A stretch of 62,289 bases of DNA, filler included. It is 4 parts of 4 records of this genome, joined end to end, with 100 filler letters (N's around TTAATTAATTAA, not from the genome) between each part and the next. Parts side by side here need not be neighbours in the genome. Positions count along the whole stretch, not along the records: positions 37,705 to 55,547 come from SRR20825019_2092; 3 more parts are not named here. One strand, 5' to 3'. Position numbers and translations under genes: made by a program. The notes below the pieces were generated by a model, which made no database searches, had not been told where the DNA came from, and worked only from the letters and a program-made list of their open reading frames with translations. Positions 41,544 through 54,300 of the stretch are shown one piece after another (the first letter of the stretch is position 1; each line of letters begins with the position of its first letter).

Positions 41544-43139
41544 ATGCTTCGCGCTACCGTCAGCACCATGGCTGGTGTCAGTGGCTTCGCTGCCTACGCC
41601 CCACCTGCCTGTGTCGAGCTAGAGGAGTGGTGCGGCTGGTCTGGAAACAGCTGGCCCAAGGTCAAGGGTGTTGTTGGTAACTCTTTCCGCCTCCCTACCC
41701 AGCAGGAGGACACCTACACCATGAACGCTACCGCCGTCATCCGCCTTATCGATAATTACAACATCAACCCCCAGGACGTCGGATTCCTGGGCCTTGGAAC
41801 CGAGAGCTCTTCCGATAACTCAGCCGGTGCTGTTATCGTCCGTGGCATGGTTGATATGGCCCTCCAAGCTCGCGGCCAGGCCCCCCTGTCCAGGAACTGC
41901 GAAGTGCCTGAGTTCAAGCACGCCTGCCTCGGCGGCGTCTACGCTATGAAGGGTGCGGCCCGCTACGTCGCCACCCAGCAGCAGAAGACCAACAAGGTCG
42001 CTATTGTTTGCTGTGGTGACATCGCCGAATACGCCCTCGGATCCACTGGCGAGCAGACCCAGGGTGCCGGTGCCGTCGCCATGCTGGTCGAGAAGGACGC
42101 CAAGATTTTCGATATGAACATCGATGGCTCTGCTTCAGGAAATGCTAGCCGCTACCGCGGCCCCGATTTCCGCAAGCCCGTCAAGCGTCACTTCATCAAG
42201 GGCTACTACGCCGACGATTTTGTCGTCAACCCTACCAAGATCCCCGACTTCCCAGTCTTCTCCGGCCCCTACAGTACCACTGCCTACGCCGATGAGGTCG
42301 CCGTCGCCATGGAGGACATGTTCACCGCCCTCGCCGAGAGCAACACCACCACCCCCTTCGATGCTGCCGATTACCTATCTCAGCGTGTCTCTGCCTTCTT
42401 CTTCCATCGCCCTTACGCCATGATGCCCGTGCAGGCACTCTCATACGTGTACGCCCGCGCCCTCGCTCGCAGCACCAACCCTGCTTCCGTTCAGAAGTTC
42501 GCCGCCATTTGTGAGGAGGCCTGTGTTGCCCCCGATGTCGTCAAGTCTGAGCTTGAGTACCTTCTCAAGAATACCCCAGACTTCTTCCTTGACTACATTG
42601 CCCTCGGTAAGGAGATTGGCAAGGAGGCAACCAGCAAGCAGCTCAACAACGTCGCCAAGACCATCCGAGGCGGTGCCGAGTTCAAGGCTCTGCTCAAGAA
42701 CAAGATGTCCCTTGGATCTGCCACCATGGCTAACTTCGGAAACCTTTACACCGCCTCCCTCCCCGTCTGGCTCGGAGCAGGTTTCCTTGAGGCCGCCACA
42801 TCTGACAAGGTTGATGAGTACACCAAGACTCTCGGCCACAAGGACTCACCCATCGTTATGGTGGGGTACGGCTCCGGAGATGCCGCCGAGTGCACCGAGC
42901 TAACCACCAAGGCCAGCACTTGGGTGGAGGCCTCTAGGAGGATTAACATCGTCGATGCCCTCGAGACTACCAAGGTTGTTGTTACTGAGGAGCAGTACCG
43001 CGGTCTTCACTCTGGTAAGATATGTGAGGATATCTGTGCCGGTGCTCGGAAGGGTACCTTTGTCATTGATCGCGTTGGCACTCGCAACGAGGCCGCCTTC
43101 CAAGACATTGGCCTTGACTACTACAAGTACGTCATGTAA
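41544..43139 (+). CDS. HMGS: Hydroxymethylglutaryl-CoA synthase, kinetoplastid type
   Basis: GLGTESSSDNS, EFKHACLGG (catalytic Cys), GEQTQGAGAVAML, FFHRPY, GNLYTAS, GYGSG; start MLRATV resembles a mitochondrial presequence. Confidence 0.93.
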   Translation: MLRATVSTMAGVSGFAAYAPPACVELEEWCGWSGNSWPKVKGVVGNSFRLPTQQEDTYTMNATAVIRLIDNYNINPQDVGFLGLGTESSSDNSAGAVIVRGMVDMALQARGQAPLSRNCEVPEFKHACLGGVYAMKGAARYVATQQQKTNKVAIVCCGDIAEYALGSTGEQTQGAGAVAMLVEKDAKIFDMNIDGSASGNASRYRGPDFRKPVKRHFIKGYYADDFVVNPTKIPDFPVFSGPYSTTAYADEVAVAMEDMFTALAESNTTTPFDAADYLSQRVSAFFFHRPYAMMPVQALSYVYARALARSTNPASVQKFAAICEEACVAPDVVKSELEYLLKNTPDFFLDYIALGKEIGKEATSKQLNNVAKTIRGGAEFKALLKNKMSLGSATMANFGNLYTASLPVWLGAGFLEAATSDKVDEYTKTLGHKDSPIVMVGYGSGDAAECTELTTKASTWVEASRRINIVDALETTKVVVTEEQYRGLHSGKICEDICAGARKGTFVIDRVGTRNEAAFQDIGLDYYKYVM

Positions 43140-44659
43140 AAACAACAAAACCAATATACTCTTTACATATCGAAAACATATGTGGGGATAATTGGGGGAT
43201 AGTGATGAACAAAATGAACGAGATAGTGGAGAGAGATAGTATGTAGTAATTTATGTATTTATAGTAGTAGTGGGGATTGGAAGATAAATTGAGGTAAAGT
43301 ATGTACATATAAAAATACAAGGGATTTACATTTTACACAAATAGGGGGACACAATGTGCGAAGAGAGCCACCAAGCACTACTTATTATTTTTAGTTCAAT
43401 GGTGGTGGTTTGATGATGTTGGCAACAACTCGTTTTCCGTTGCCTTCACTCTAAGAAAACTACTGTCGTTGTTTGTTTCATCTCGAAATCTATATACTTA
43501 CCACTCTGTGTATATATAAACAAGTGTGGGGTAGGAATGTTCAAATTGAATTGTTTGGGGAAAAAAGTACACACATCAATTTCCTGCGGTTTTTTTCCAT
43601 CTGCCTTATAAACCGCTGATTAATGTACCCACCCAACAATCAAAGAAACACATCCTGCACAACCCATGTACATTTATATTTATTTATTCCCCACGTTGCA
43701 TTGGTTGGCTCTTATCTCCCCGACCAAGTTCCATATTTTGAAGGGAATGTACGATATATTTACGATGGTAGTGAGAGGAAATGGAATGGGGCAATGGTAG
43801 GTGTTCACATTCATCCACCCCACTATTCCAACCTGATCACAATGCATCACCCTTCAATTATTTCGAACACTTCCCCCTCCACCACTACAACCCCCACTCA
43901 CTCACTTCTTCACCTCTATCTCAAGATTTTATTCATCATCTCCCCCATCATCTCCCCCACAACAACGGAGAAAAAAACGTGTCCCACCTCCACCCACTAT
44001 TAGTTTTACATGTTAATTGGTGTCCCAACCAATTGGCTCCTCCTCACTACAAATCGTCGTGTAACGCAACATCGCTGCCTTTTCTCTACTGCTGCTGCCT
44101 TTACGCCGAGGACACAAAAACAACACAAAACCTTCAAAAAATAATAAGAAAACACTCTCAGAAAATTGAGGAGAGGAGGTTATCAATCTTCTCTCCGTCA
44201 ACAAAAAAAACACAACAACTAGACACGTGCGTGTGCCCACAATCCAGTTTAACAAGGAGGGACGAACTACCAGCAGCTACCAACACCAACCCCTATTGGG
44301 CAGTTCATACGACCAACTACACACCATCTCGTCCCCCTCTTGCGATTCCTCCTTTTACACATAAATCCATCAGTGTATTGATTGTTCTCAGTTGCTGCAT
44401 TCACATTTCACATATACTGGTTCAGTGGGGGAAGGGGTGAGAGTTCCACCTCCTACACATATACCTGTATATTGACACATGTGTCGCTACAACTGGCTGA
44501 ACGTGAAAACTTTATGTCAATTATTCGTTTTTATTACTACCTTTCTTCTTTCCTCCTCACTCTATTCACTTTAAAGAGAACACATTCTATATAGTATAGA
44601 ATCGCACAAAGTGCATTGATACACCAACACACAATATCTGTACTCCTACTCTAAATACA

Positions 44660-47600
44660 ATGCAGCAGCAGATAAGTGGGCTTCTCTCCGCCGCAGGACA
44701 GGGTAATAAGGAGGCCCTTCAGCAGTTGGAACAGATCCAGCACTCCAACGGGCCTCAGTACTTTGAGGTCCTTGCTGGCATCGTCACCACTGCCCCCGGA
44801 TCCCTCTCGCAGCAAGACTTGATGATGTTCGACCTCGTGCGTAACTTGGCTGCCCTCACTATTAAAAAGTGCATCTCGACCGATCAGAACTGCAGCGGTT
44901 CTAATGGCGTACAGCAGGCCGTCGTTCAGCACATTGGTGATTCTAACCGTAGTATCCGTACCGCCATGGCCTCCGCCGTCGCTTCCGCCGTTGTGAACGG
45001 ATCTTGGCCCTCCGAGGCCATCGGTGCAGTTGTAAGCAAGCTTAACGAGGTGCAGCAGCAGGCAGCTCAAGTTGCTGGCCGTGGTGTAGTGGAAGAGGCT
45101 GCCGTATACGGGTCAATGTCGGGATATGTCACCGCCCTCAGCTTTGTCGTTGAGGACTGCGTCGAGCTCCTTGAGACAACCAATATGGGTGGCACCATGC
45201 TGAGTGCATCCCTCGCCAACGTCCTCGTCCCTCTCATCGCCGCCGACAGCATCCTCTCAGGCCAGTTCCCCCAGGGCGATGATAGCCGTGCTCTGAACAA
45301 CTATGTAGCAGCTCGACTAGAGATCCTCAGGAGAGCCGTCCGTGCTACTGTTGTGCTCATGGAGCAGGCATCCACCAACGCCGAGGGAGCTGCCTATGTC
45401 GCCATCCAATCTATGGCGGGCCCCATTGTCCAGTGCACCCTCTCAATTTTAGAAAAGAACCAGCAGCTCCGCGAGCACTTCGATAATGTCGATAGCGCTG
45501 CTGTCAATGCCATTATTGGTGATTGTGTGAAGTGCATCGTCTTCTCTCTACCCTTCATGAATGTCGTCGAGTCCCAGCTCCCCACCTTCTTCCTACTTAT
45601 GATGAACGTTATGCAAGCTCCCGACGAGGCCGTAGATGTTACTGTAAAGCAAGAGGCTGCCACCTTCTGGCGTGCCTGCACCTACTTCCCCCAGTCTATG
45701 TCAGCGTTGAAGCAGTCCCTAGAGACTGTGGTACCGGTGCTGGTGTCCTGCTGTGTGTACAGTGACACTGAGCTTGGTAACCTATCCAGCAAGATCAATG
45801 ATGGTCATGTGGCCGATCGCCCCCAGGACGTCAAGCCCAGACAGCGCAAGGGTCGCTCCAGGGAGTTCCACGATGATGGCGACAATGACGAAAACAACGA
45901 GGCTGATGATGATGAGGTTCAGGATGATACTCTCAGGACAGTATGTGCCTTTACCCTAGATGAGCTTGCCAAGGTATATGGCGACGATATGCTTAACCTT
46001 GTACTAGCCTGCTGTGACCGCATGATGCAACAGGGACAGGGGTGGCGTAGCGTCGAGGCGGGTGTGTTGGTACTGGGTGCCATCACTGAGGGTTGCTTTG
46101 AGGGCCTCCGGCCTGTCATGCCCGACATTGTTGGCCGTTGCTGCGACCTGCTCGACGATCCCAATAACGGTGGTGGAAGCCAGCAGGACCAAGCTCACTA
46201 CTTCTTGGTGCGGGAGATTTGCATGTGGACCATTGGCCAGATGAGCGAGTACCTAATGGATGGATCCTGCGATGAAGACCGTGGTGGACAGGCCTTCACC
46301 GCCCAGCGCAAGACCAATCTCAACCGATACCTCAATGCCATTCTAACCCTTATGCCCAGCACCACCAAGTCTGTGCAGGAAAGCGCTACCTCTTCCCTTG
46401 GGGAGATTCTACAAGTGGCCTCAAACTACCTTCCCGACGAGCAAGTCATCGACGAGTCGGCCTTCCTAGGCCGTATCATCACCACCTGTGCTGGGTGCCT
46501 TGGCCAGTACCAACTGAAGAATCTGATGACTCTTTGTGAGAACATGGAGATTGTTTTCCAGTACTTTGGGATGTCGATCGGAGGAGAGGACTGCATGGGG
46601 GCCCTAATCCCCCCCATCAGCAAGTTGTGGAACGATACCGCAAACAACAGCCCCCTGCTGCCCTCCTTGCTCGAGTGCATGAGTGCTCTGTGCAGTGCTG
46701 CTAAGTCTTCCATGGAACCCCTCGCCAAGGAGATCTTTGACCGGGCTATCACCCTCATCACCCACTACCTCAACAAGCACCGCAACACGCAGCAGCAGCC
46801 CTCCCAGAGTGAAGACTACGGCATCGACGATGATGACTTCTTGGTTACTGCAATCGATCTCCTTAGTGGTCTCTTCGACGCCATGGGGAGCAGTCTGGAG
46901 CCCCTTATCCGCGGGTCTGCCAGCGGTGGAAACGACGTCCCTCTGATTCAAATGCTCCATGCCGCGCTACACGACGACGAGGCCACAGCTGTACGCAAGG
47001 CCGCCTTCGCTGTTGTTGGTGATGTTGCTGGTACCTGCCCCGCCCTGATTCAGCAGAATCTCCAGCCCATCGCGGAGAAGATCCTCGCCCAACTCCAATT
47101 TGTAGAGGCCACCATCAACGACTACCACCAACGCACCGGTGGCGACCGTGGAGGTAAGAAGTCGGAGATTGGCAAGGGGGCTGGCAACAAGGACCTCCTC
47201 CTCGACAGCGATATTGCCTGCACGGCCAACGCCGCCTGGGCCCTCAGTGAGATAGTCGCCAACCAACTAGATATCGAGGGCCTCCCCACCATCGGAACTG
47301 AGCACTTTGTGTACTTCCTCCCCCCCATCGTCACCACCGTCAACTTCATCACCGGCGATACTCAGGCCACAAACCTCGCGGAGAACTTGTGCCTCCTGCT
47401 GGGTCGTATCCTCCACGTTGAAGGTGGTGGAGGGTCACTCATGGGTCGTGTCGGAATTTCCATCGCTGACTTTGCCCAGTCATGGTGTAATGCTGTTCGT
47501 AACGTGAAGACAATGTCGTGGAAGGACGATGCCGTCCGTGGCTTCATCGCCTGCCTCCAGCAGCAGCAGCAGCAGGGCGGACCGGCATGGCCCCCCGCAG

Positions 47601-47782
47601 CCATCGCCTCTTTCCTTGATGTGGTTGGATCTGTGGCCACGTCTGCCTCCTCCGACCTCAAGCAGGCCATGAAGGGCGTCATCACGCATTTCCAGCAGCA
47701 GCAGCAGCAGGGGTGGAACCAAGCTTGGGGTGGCTACGGTCAGGCCCAGAAGAAGAGGCTCCAAATCAACATGGGCATCTAG
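44660..47782 (+). CDS. Transportin / importin-beta2-like karyopherin (HEAT repeats)
   Basis: VRNLAALTIK, acidic H8-type loop DRPQDVKPR..DDDE..LRTVCAFTLDELA, WRSVEAGVLVLGAITEGC, DDDFLVTAIDLLSGL, ANAAWALSEI. Confidence 0.85.
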   Translation: MQQQISGLLSAAGQGNKEALQQLEQIQHSNGPQYFEVLAGIVTTAPGSLSQQDLMMFDLVRNLAALTIKKCISTDQNCSGSNGVQQAVVQHIGDSNRSIRTAMASAVASAVVNGSWPSEAIGAVVSKLNEVQQQAAQVAGRGVVEEAAVYGSMSGYVTALSFVVEDCVELLETTNMGGTMLSASLANVLVPLIAADSILSGQFPQGDDSRALNNYVAARLEILRRAVRATVVLMEQASTNAEGAAYVAIQSMAGPIVQCTLSILEKNQQLREHFDNVDSAAVNAIIGDCVKCIVFSLPFMNVVESQLPTFFLLMMNVMQAPDEAVDVTVKQEAATFWRACTYFPQSMSALKQSLETVVPVLVSCCVYSDTELGNLSSKINDGHVADRPQDVKPRQRKGRSREFHDDGDNDENNEADDDEVQDDTLRTVCAFTLDELAKVYGDDMLNLVLACCDRMMQQGQGWRSVEAGVLVLGAITEGCFEGLRPVMPDIVGRCCDLLDDPNNGGGSQQDQAHYFLVREICMWTIGQMSEYLMDGSCDEDRGGQAFTAQRKTNLNRYLNAILTLMPSTTKSVQESATSSLGEILQVASNYLPDEQVIDESAFLGRIITTCAGCLGQYQLKNLMTLCENMEIVFQYFGMSIGGEDCMGALIPPISKLWNDTANNSPLLPSLLECMSALCSAAKSSMEPLAKEIFDRAITLITHYLNKHRNTQQQPSQSEDYGIDDDDFLVTAIDLLSGLFDAMGSSLEPLIRGSASGGNDVPLIQMLHAALHDDEATAVRKAAFAVVGDVAGTCPALIQQNLQPIAEKILAQLQFVEATINDYHQRTGGDRGGKKSEIGKGAGNKDLLLDSDIACTANAAWALSEIVANQLDIEGLPTIGTEHFVYFLPPIVTTVNFITGDTQATNLAENLCLLLGRILHVEGGGGSLMGRVGISIADFAQSWCNAVRNVKTMSWKDDAVRGFIACLQQQQQQGGPAWPPAAIASFLDVVGSVATSASSDLKQAMKGVITHFQQQQQQGWNQAWGGYGQAQKKRLQINMGI

Positions 47783-48374
47783 AAGTGTAGCACATATTAC
47801 ATACATTGCTCACTTGATATTGAGAGAGACAGAGGGAATACATTAACACGTATACTTATACATTTAAAAACATTAAATTTTCAAAAAAATCACAACCACT
47901 TTGAAGTTGGACGTTGGTGACAGGGGATGGCGTGGTTGTGTGGGATTTGTACTGGGATGTGCGATTGTTGAGATATGAGCGTTATTTGAATAGTGGCATA
48001 GCCAGGGTATGAGGGGGGTGTAATGCTGGCATGTCATGAATTACGTCCCTCCTCCCTCCCTCCCTTATACACCCTCTCTCACTCTCCTCACTTGCTACCC
48101 CCTTTCACTTCAAGACTCCTCGTGCTCTCCACGTCCCTTTTTATGTGACTGGTATTTCATATTGTGAACATCCATCTTTCCTCTCCCTCCTTCTTTAATT
48201 TTACTTTTAGAATAAATACCCACATTGAATTCGGGATATAGATACAACCACATACAAACTACTGCTTAGATAACAGACTCCAAGTGAACATCAATAACAC
48301 CGAAAACCTTTGGAGACTGACAGTACACAGACACTTCACCTCACTCTCTCTATTAGATCTAGACAACACACCAA

Positions 48375-51300
48375 ATGGCACATCGACTTAACCGACTTCA
48401 GTCAGAGAAGTCCCGTGTCGGAGGTGGTGGTGATGGGGAGGTGCAGGACCGCCGAGTAGCGTGGTTTGAGCAACGTATTGCAACCTCCCTTCGCCTCAAA
48501 CACGCCGAGATGAAGAAGCTTTTAGACAACGAAGACAATAGGGCCACACTGATGGAGTTCCTAGATCAACCCGATCGTCGAAATGTATTCATTGCAGCCG
48601 TCACCATCAACCGCAAAGCCGCCTCATCCTCCGACCAGAAGGGTGGGGTTGAAGACCTGATGGGCGGCGGGGAGGGTGGTGGTACCTCCTCATCGTCTGC
48701 TGGGGGATATTCCATTGTGTCGGGGGAGTACGACATGGACACCCGCTACTGCTACAATTTCCTTGGTAAGAAGATATTATACTTTGCCAAGCTCAAGAAG
48801 GAGAAGTTGACGGATGAGCGTACATTCGGAGCCAAAGTACTGGTGGGGGAGACGTCCTCCCATGTACTGCAGTCGCTCTACGACATCTCCAACCAGTTTA
48901 TCATGCCCCTCATTGAGGAGGCCTCCAACTCCCCCTCCGTCGCCGACGTCCTCCTTCGTGATGTTGCCGAGAAGAACAGCGTAGTGCTTTCAGAGGCTGT
49001 AGTCGCACTGGGTAAGTCGTACCGTCGCACTGTACTGCCCATACCTAGTGCCCTACGCAGAGCTGTACTAGAGCTGGCATCACGCACCGGAATCGTCGCT
49101 ACTCTAGTGCAGCAGGATGCATCATCCTCCTCGAACCACCAACAACATCGGTCCGACAGGGAGACCGTCCACGATCTAGAAAGTGCTGTATTTGAGTGGT
49201 TGTCCCTTATTAAGGAGGCCACCTCAGAGGCGCCCTCCTGGTGGGGTGTGTCCGCCGCTGCCACCACCCAAGTCGGTTCCACCACCTCGTCCAAACAGTT
49301 GGTCCCCCACCCTCCTGGATCGTCACCATCATCATCTGCGGCACCTATGGATGGACGATCATCCGCATCGTTATCAGGGCCACCCAAGGCACGGTACGGT
49401 ATCCGAGCACCAGGCCCCCTTGAGGAGATTGTCTTCTGGGAAGAAAAGCGTGCCAACCTACTGCAGCTCGAGCAGCAAATATACGCCGGCACCGACGTCG
49501 TTACTGTCGCTGCAGCTGCCGCAACCAACATCACCAAGAACCAGAAGGCTGGCAACACCAATATCGCCGCCGACGAGTCGACTACTACTGTTGTCGAAGC
49601 CCCCTCCTTTTTCATGGTTGTGATGCGCTGTCTTAAGAATGCGGGCTCCACCTACTACCCCCTGTTCCTTAAGAGCATCGAGGACTTACACGCTACCCTC
49701 ATGGACGTGGTGGAGTCCTGTAAGTACCTACGCCCCTTCATTACCGATAGGGGGGCTCTCGGCCCCTTCGTGGCATTCCCTGCTGCTGTTCCTAACAGCC
49801 TCCAGGTACTCCTCGACACGGCCCCCCCTGCCCCCCCTGCTACTGAAGATGCTAGTGCCATCCCCCCACAACAGCACCATCAGCTCGCCGCATCGATAAG
49901 TGACTTGATGGTTGCGGTTGACGGGGGGCTGTTCAGACGACTGTTCCAGTACATTACTAGCCTCTGGGGGCATTGTAAGAGCTCCTTCGCAACGGCTCCT
50001 CGTATTGTTACATTCATCCAAAGCATCGCCAATGAACTCGTTCGGTTCTGTAAGGGGTGTGTGGATGATGAGGGCATCGACCTCCTTCAGTCAGAGCCCG
50101 AGGACGTCACTCGTGTACTCACTCAAGTTCTCAACGTTTGTGGAAAGTTCAAGTCCTCATATTTCGAAGCGAAGGCCCGGCTTGCCCGCAGTGGCGGCGG
50201 TGGTTCCCCATGGAAGTTCCAAAACCAACTTCTATTCTCCCGACTGGACGCATGCCTTGAGCGTGTCCACGACCTACTCGACATTGTAGAGGGCTCTATT
50301 GTTTTCAACAAGGCCCTTAATGTGCGTGTTGGTGGGTCTGATAGCGTCGGCCTTTGTGAAGGTATTGACAAGACGGTAGACGATTTCAAGGATGCGATGC
50401 GGGCACTCCAAGGCGTCTTCCCTGAATCCTCTGGTGCCGCCGTGTACCTCCTTGACACAGATGACAACGGCCTATTCGAGTATGGCTACCATGAAGTGTT
50501 CAGGCCCCGTGTTCAGCAGCTCGAGGCACGTTTGGCACAAATTGCTGGCCATGCCTGGGACTCGGCAGGGGTCTCTCTCTCCGAACTTGGCCGTGTTGCA
50601 GATAGTTTCGAACCCCTTGCCGAGAGGCCAGTAGGGAGGATAGAGTGGGGTACCCGTCAACCTACCTTCCTTGATGCCTGGCATGACGACCTTATGAACT
50701 CCCAGGCTGTTCTACATGGTGGTATCCATGTCGGTGCCCTCTCTGCACCTAAGTCTGCCCCTTCGGGAGATGCTGACTCATCGTCCCCACCTCGGCCCAC
50801 CACTACTTCTACTCAGCAGCTCGACCCCAGTATGTTGCCAGAGGCCGCTGCCAATCTAGAGAAGCACTGCGCCGCCCTCTACCCCAACACCCCTGCTGCC
50901 ACTGCTGCTGTCATGTGGTGCCAGGGACTCCTCCGTCGTATCTCCTCTGCCTCTTCCTCGGCCCATCCCAGACTGGACCCCGAGACTATGTCCCTCCCTC
51001 GTGCACAGGATTGTGTTACTATCCAGCGTCGACTGGTGAAGGATGTCAAGTCCCTGATGCAATCTGTATATGAGGGCTGGGCCTCCTCCGCAGGTCAGGT
51101 CAGTGAAGAGAAGCTTCGCCTCCCAGTACTGTCCTTCGAGGCCGAGGATAATGTCTTCGCCGTTAACTTCGACCCCTTTCTTGCCCGTACTCTCAAGGAG
51201 AGCCTCTTCTTTGAACAGCAGGATGACGCCTCCAATGACGATAATAACAGCACGGAGCACTTCTCTATCCCTATCTCTGTAAAGGGACTCGCACGTAACC

Positions 51301-54300
51301 GCGACCGACTTCGACTACAGGTCCTCCGGCTTACACACATCTGCACCATCATCAACACCGTCCAAAATGAGCTCCCCGAGACCGCCAGAGACCTGCTTGA
51401 GGAGGAGAGCACCGCCCTTGGCCAACTACTCATGACGATGGGAGTGTCGAATCTCAGGTGGTGTGACGAGGATCGCGTCGATGAGTTTATTGCAACCGCC
51501 TCCACATCAGTTGGTCAGCTTGAGACGGCTGTTGAACTTCTTCGGTCTACCCTCTCTGGTAGCTTGGCGCTTGTCAACAACATGCGTATATCCGATAAGC
51601 TGTTCCCCGTTGTCCCCTCAAAGAGTGACGCAAGGGTACTGACAGCAACCGACTATAAAAAGAAGGTAAGTGAGCATCTCGACCATCGTAAGGCGACCAT
51701 GGTATCTGTCGGTGCTACGATCAACGCCAAGCTCCAGACCCTCTTTGCGGAGCTCAACTCCCTTCGTCACGAAAGCCGGAGTGCTAGCCACACACCTCCT
51801 ATAAACGAGAGCGAACCTCGGTGGCAGGCGTATATCCGCTCCTTTGCCGTGGAGCTTCGTGGTGCCCTGAAGACTATGACAGTATCAGCATTAGAGGGCC
51901 TAGAGAGACAGCTTGATGTAAATGGTTACATTAAGGCCAATGGGGGTATCCCCCTCATGGACGTAAAGTTGGTCCTTTCCCGCCCTCCTATGAACCTAAA
52001 GGACCCAAAGACAAGTCCTCCCTCTACTGCTGGGATTGTTTTCGAGCCACCTCTCGAGACTCTTGAGAATGAGATTAATAAGGTTCTCAGTGCATCTACT
52101 ACTACTACCAATACTGCCACTGCCTCCAAGCGTACAGTTGTTGTAGTAGACCCTGCGGCATCAGTGGTGCCCCCTCCAACTCCCAAAACCACCTCCGAGG
52201 TGCGTGAGGCCTTCTTGGAGAGGTACCTACCTGGCAAGGCTCCCACTGAGTCGGTCGAGTCGCTGATAAAGGATTTCTATGTCCAGGGTGCCGTCGCCGT
52301 TGCAGCTGCTTGTCTGTCGTCCGATGAGGATGCTATGAAGCTACAACAGCAATCCCAAACCGCCACTGCCGAGGATGCTTCCCCGTTCGTCGAGGGAGTT
52401 GTCGATGATGAGGGTTTTGGTGCCGCTGCCGTGCAGTCCGAGATTGAGACCGATACTGTCTTCATGGGCCTCCTCCGCCGCATTAACGAGCACATCCAAT
52501 ACACCGCCTCCACCGCAGAGGGTGTCTGCCTACCCCCCTTCGAGGAGTACAGCCATCTATATTCTGAGAACATCCAATCCGCCTTCGAAGCGTTCCTAGA
52601 GAGGGAGCGGGAGGACCTCTCCGATGACGATGGGGCAGAGGAGGGAGATGCTGTTGATAAGGATAAGGATAATGAGGAGAGTGGTAATGGCGGAGGTGTG
52701 ACCGAGGAGGACCGCCGTTTGAGTAATTTACCCTACTTCAGCGCCGTGCCCATCTCAACGTATGAGTCCGAGATTCGGAAGCTAGAGGAGCTCCAGGATG
52801 TACTCGGTGATCTACCCACCGTCTTCAGTGCCGGGTTCGTAAAGGTCGACTCAAAGCCCATCAGGCACACGTTATTAGATCAATGCGCAAGGTGGAGAGA
52901 TGCCTTTGTTTCTCACCTCACTAACCGAATGCTGTCCGACCTACGGGGTCTGTATGACTTCATTGCCATTGCTGAAGGCGAGTTGGCCAAGGAGGTGCAA
53001 GATGGCGATATCGAGACTCTCAAGAGAGCGATGAAATGTATCCGTGAATGTAGGGCTATGAACATCAGAGTGGAGCGCATGCTGCCCCCCATTGTTGATG
53101 CGATGGTGATGCTCAAGCGGCACCCAGAAAGTGTCAAGAAGTCAACCCTCGATGAGATTGATGACATGACCAAGGCCGCACAGGACAAGTGGACCACTAT
53201 TAATAGAAAGGCGCTTAATACCCGTGAGCAGCACTCAGGAGCAATGGATAGGGAGGCACAATTCGTAAAGCAGCAGACGGCTGTATTCGAGGAGCGACTA
53301 GGAGACGTCGTGACCCAGCTGCACGGCACCCATCTCTACCTGAGCGCAACCGCCAGCGACGATGCGTACTCCACGATCGACACCTGGGCTACCTCCACTG
53401 TTGCCTCCCTGCTTGAAGAGGCGAAGCAGTTGTGGCACCTCCAAACCCTCTTTGAGTTGACCAAGTCTCCCTTCACTGCACTCACTGAGATCCGCACCGA
53501 GCTGGCCCTCTTAAAGCACATGTGGGATTTGGTTTGCCATATCCGTGGTCTTTTTGACGACTGGATGCAATCACCATTTGCCTATGTCGACGTAGAGGGT
53601 TTCCTCGACGAGATTCGCCTGCTTACCAAGCAACTCAAGCAGCAACCGATGCGTGTGAAGGAGTGGGACGTCTACAAGGGCTTGTCAGAGGCAACTACTC
53701 GTATGGCCAAGACCCTTCCCCTCCTTGCCGAGCTCCGATCCCCTGCTATGCGTGATCGCCACTGGTTGATGTTGTTCCGCCTTACCGGCCACAGCAACAA
53801 CAGCAACAACAACCGTCGTACCTCATCCTTTGCTGCTTCTGGCTCTTTCAACAACACGGCCGTCGATCCTCACAGTGAGTCATTTACACTTCAGAACCTT
53901 GTAGACCTCGGTATTCACAATCACGCGGAGGATGTTCTTAATATAGTAGAAAGGGCGGTAAAGGAGCATCAACTAGAGAAGACCCTTTCCAAGATTGAGG
54001 AGACGTGGTCCGTGTTGGACCTCTCCTTCCTCGAGAAGAGTAATAATGGATCTGGAAGCCGACTCCCCGAGGAAGTACCTCTATTTGCCGCCGTTGAGAG
54101 CATCATCGAACAATTAGAGAACGACAGTAACACCCTCCAATCTACCCTATCTAATCGATTCGTAGACTTCTTCCTCGATCGTGTTACCACATGGCAGATT
54201 AATCTTGGTGTTGTGGAGTCGACTCTTGTAAAATGGGTGGACCTCCAACGTCGGTGGATGAACCTATATCCTATCTTTATGTTGTCGGCCGACATTAGGG

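Noticed and set aside
41544..43139. Bacterial-looking HMG-CoA synthase as a novel gene transfer
   Set aside because: It matches the already known kinetoplastid-type HMGS in motifs and N-terminus
43623..44594. ORFs of 126, 219 and 70 aa in the HMGS-transportin spacer
   Set aside because: They translate C/A-rich low-complexity UTR-like tracts, with composition unlike the neighbouring genes
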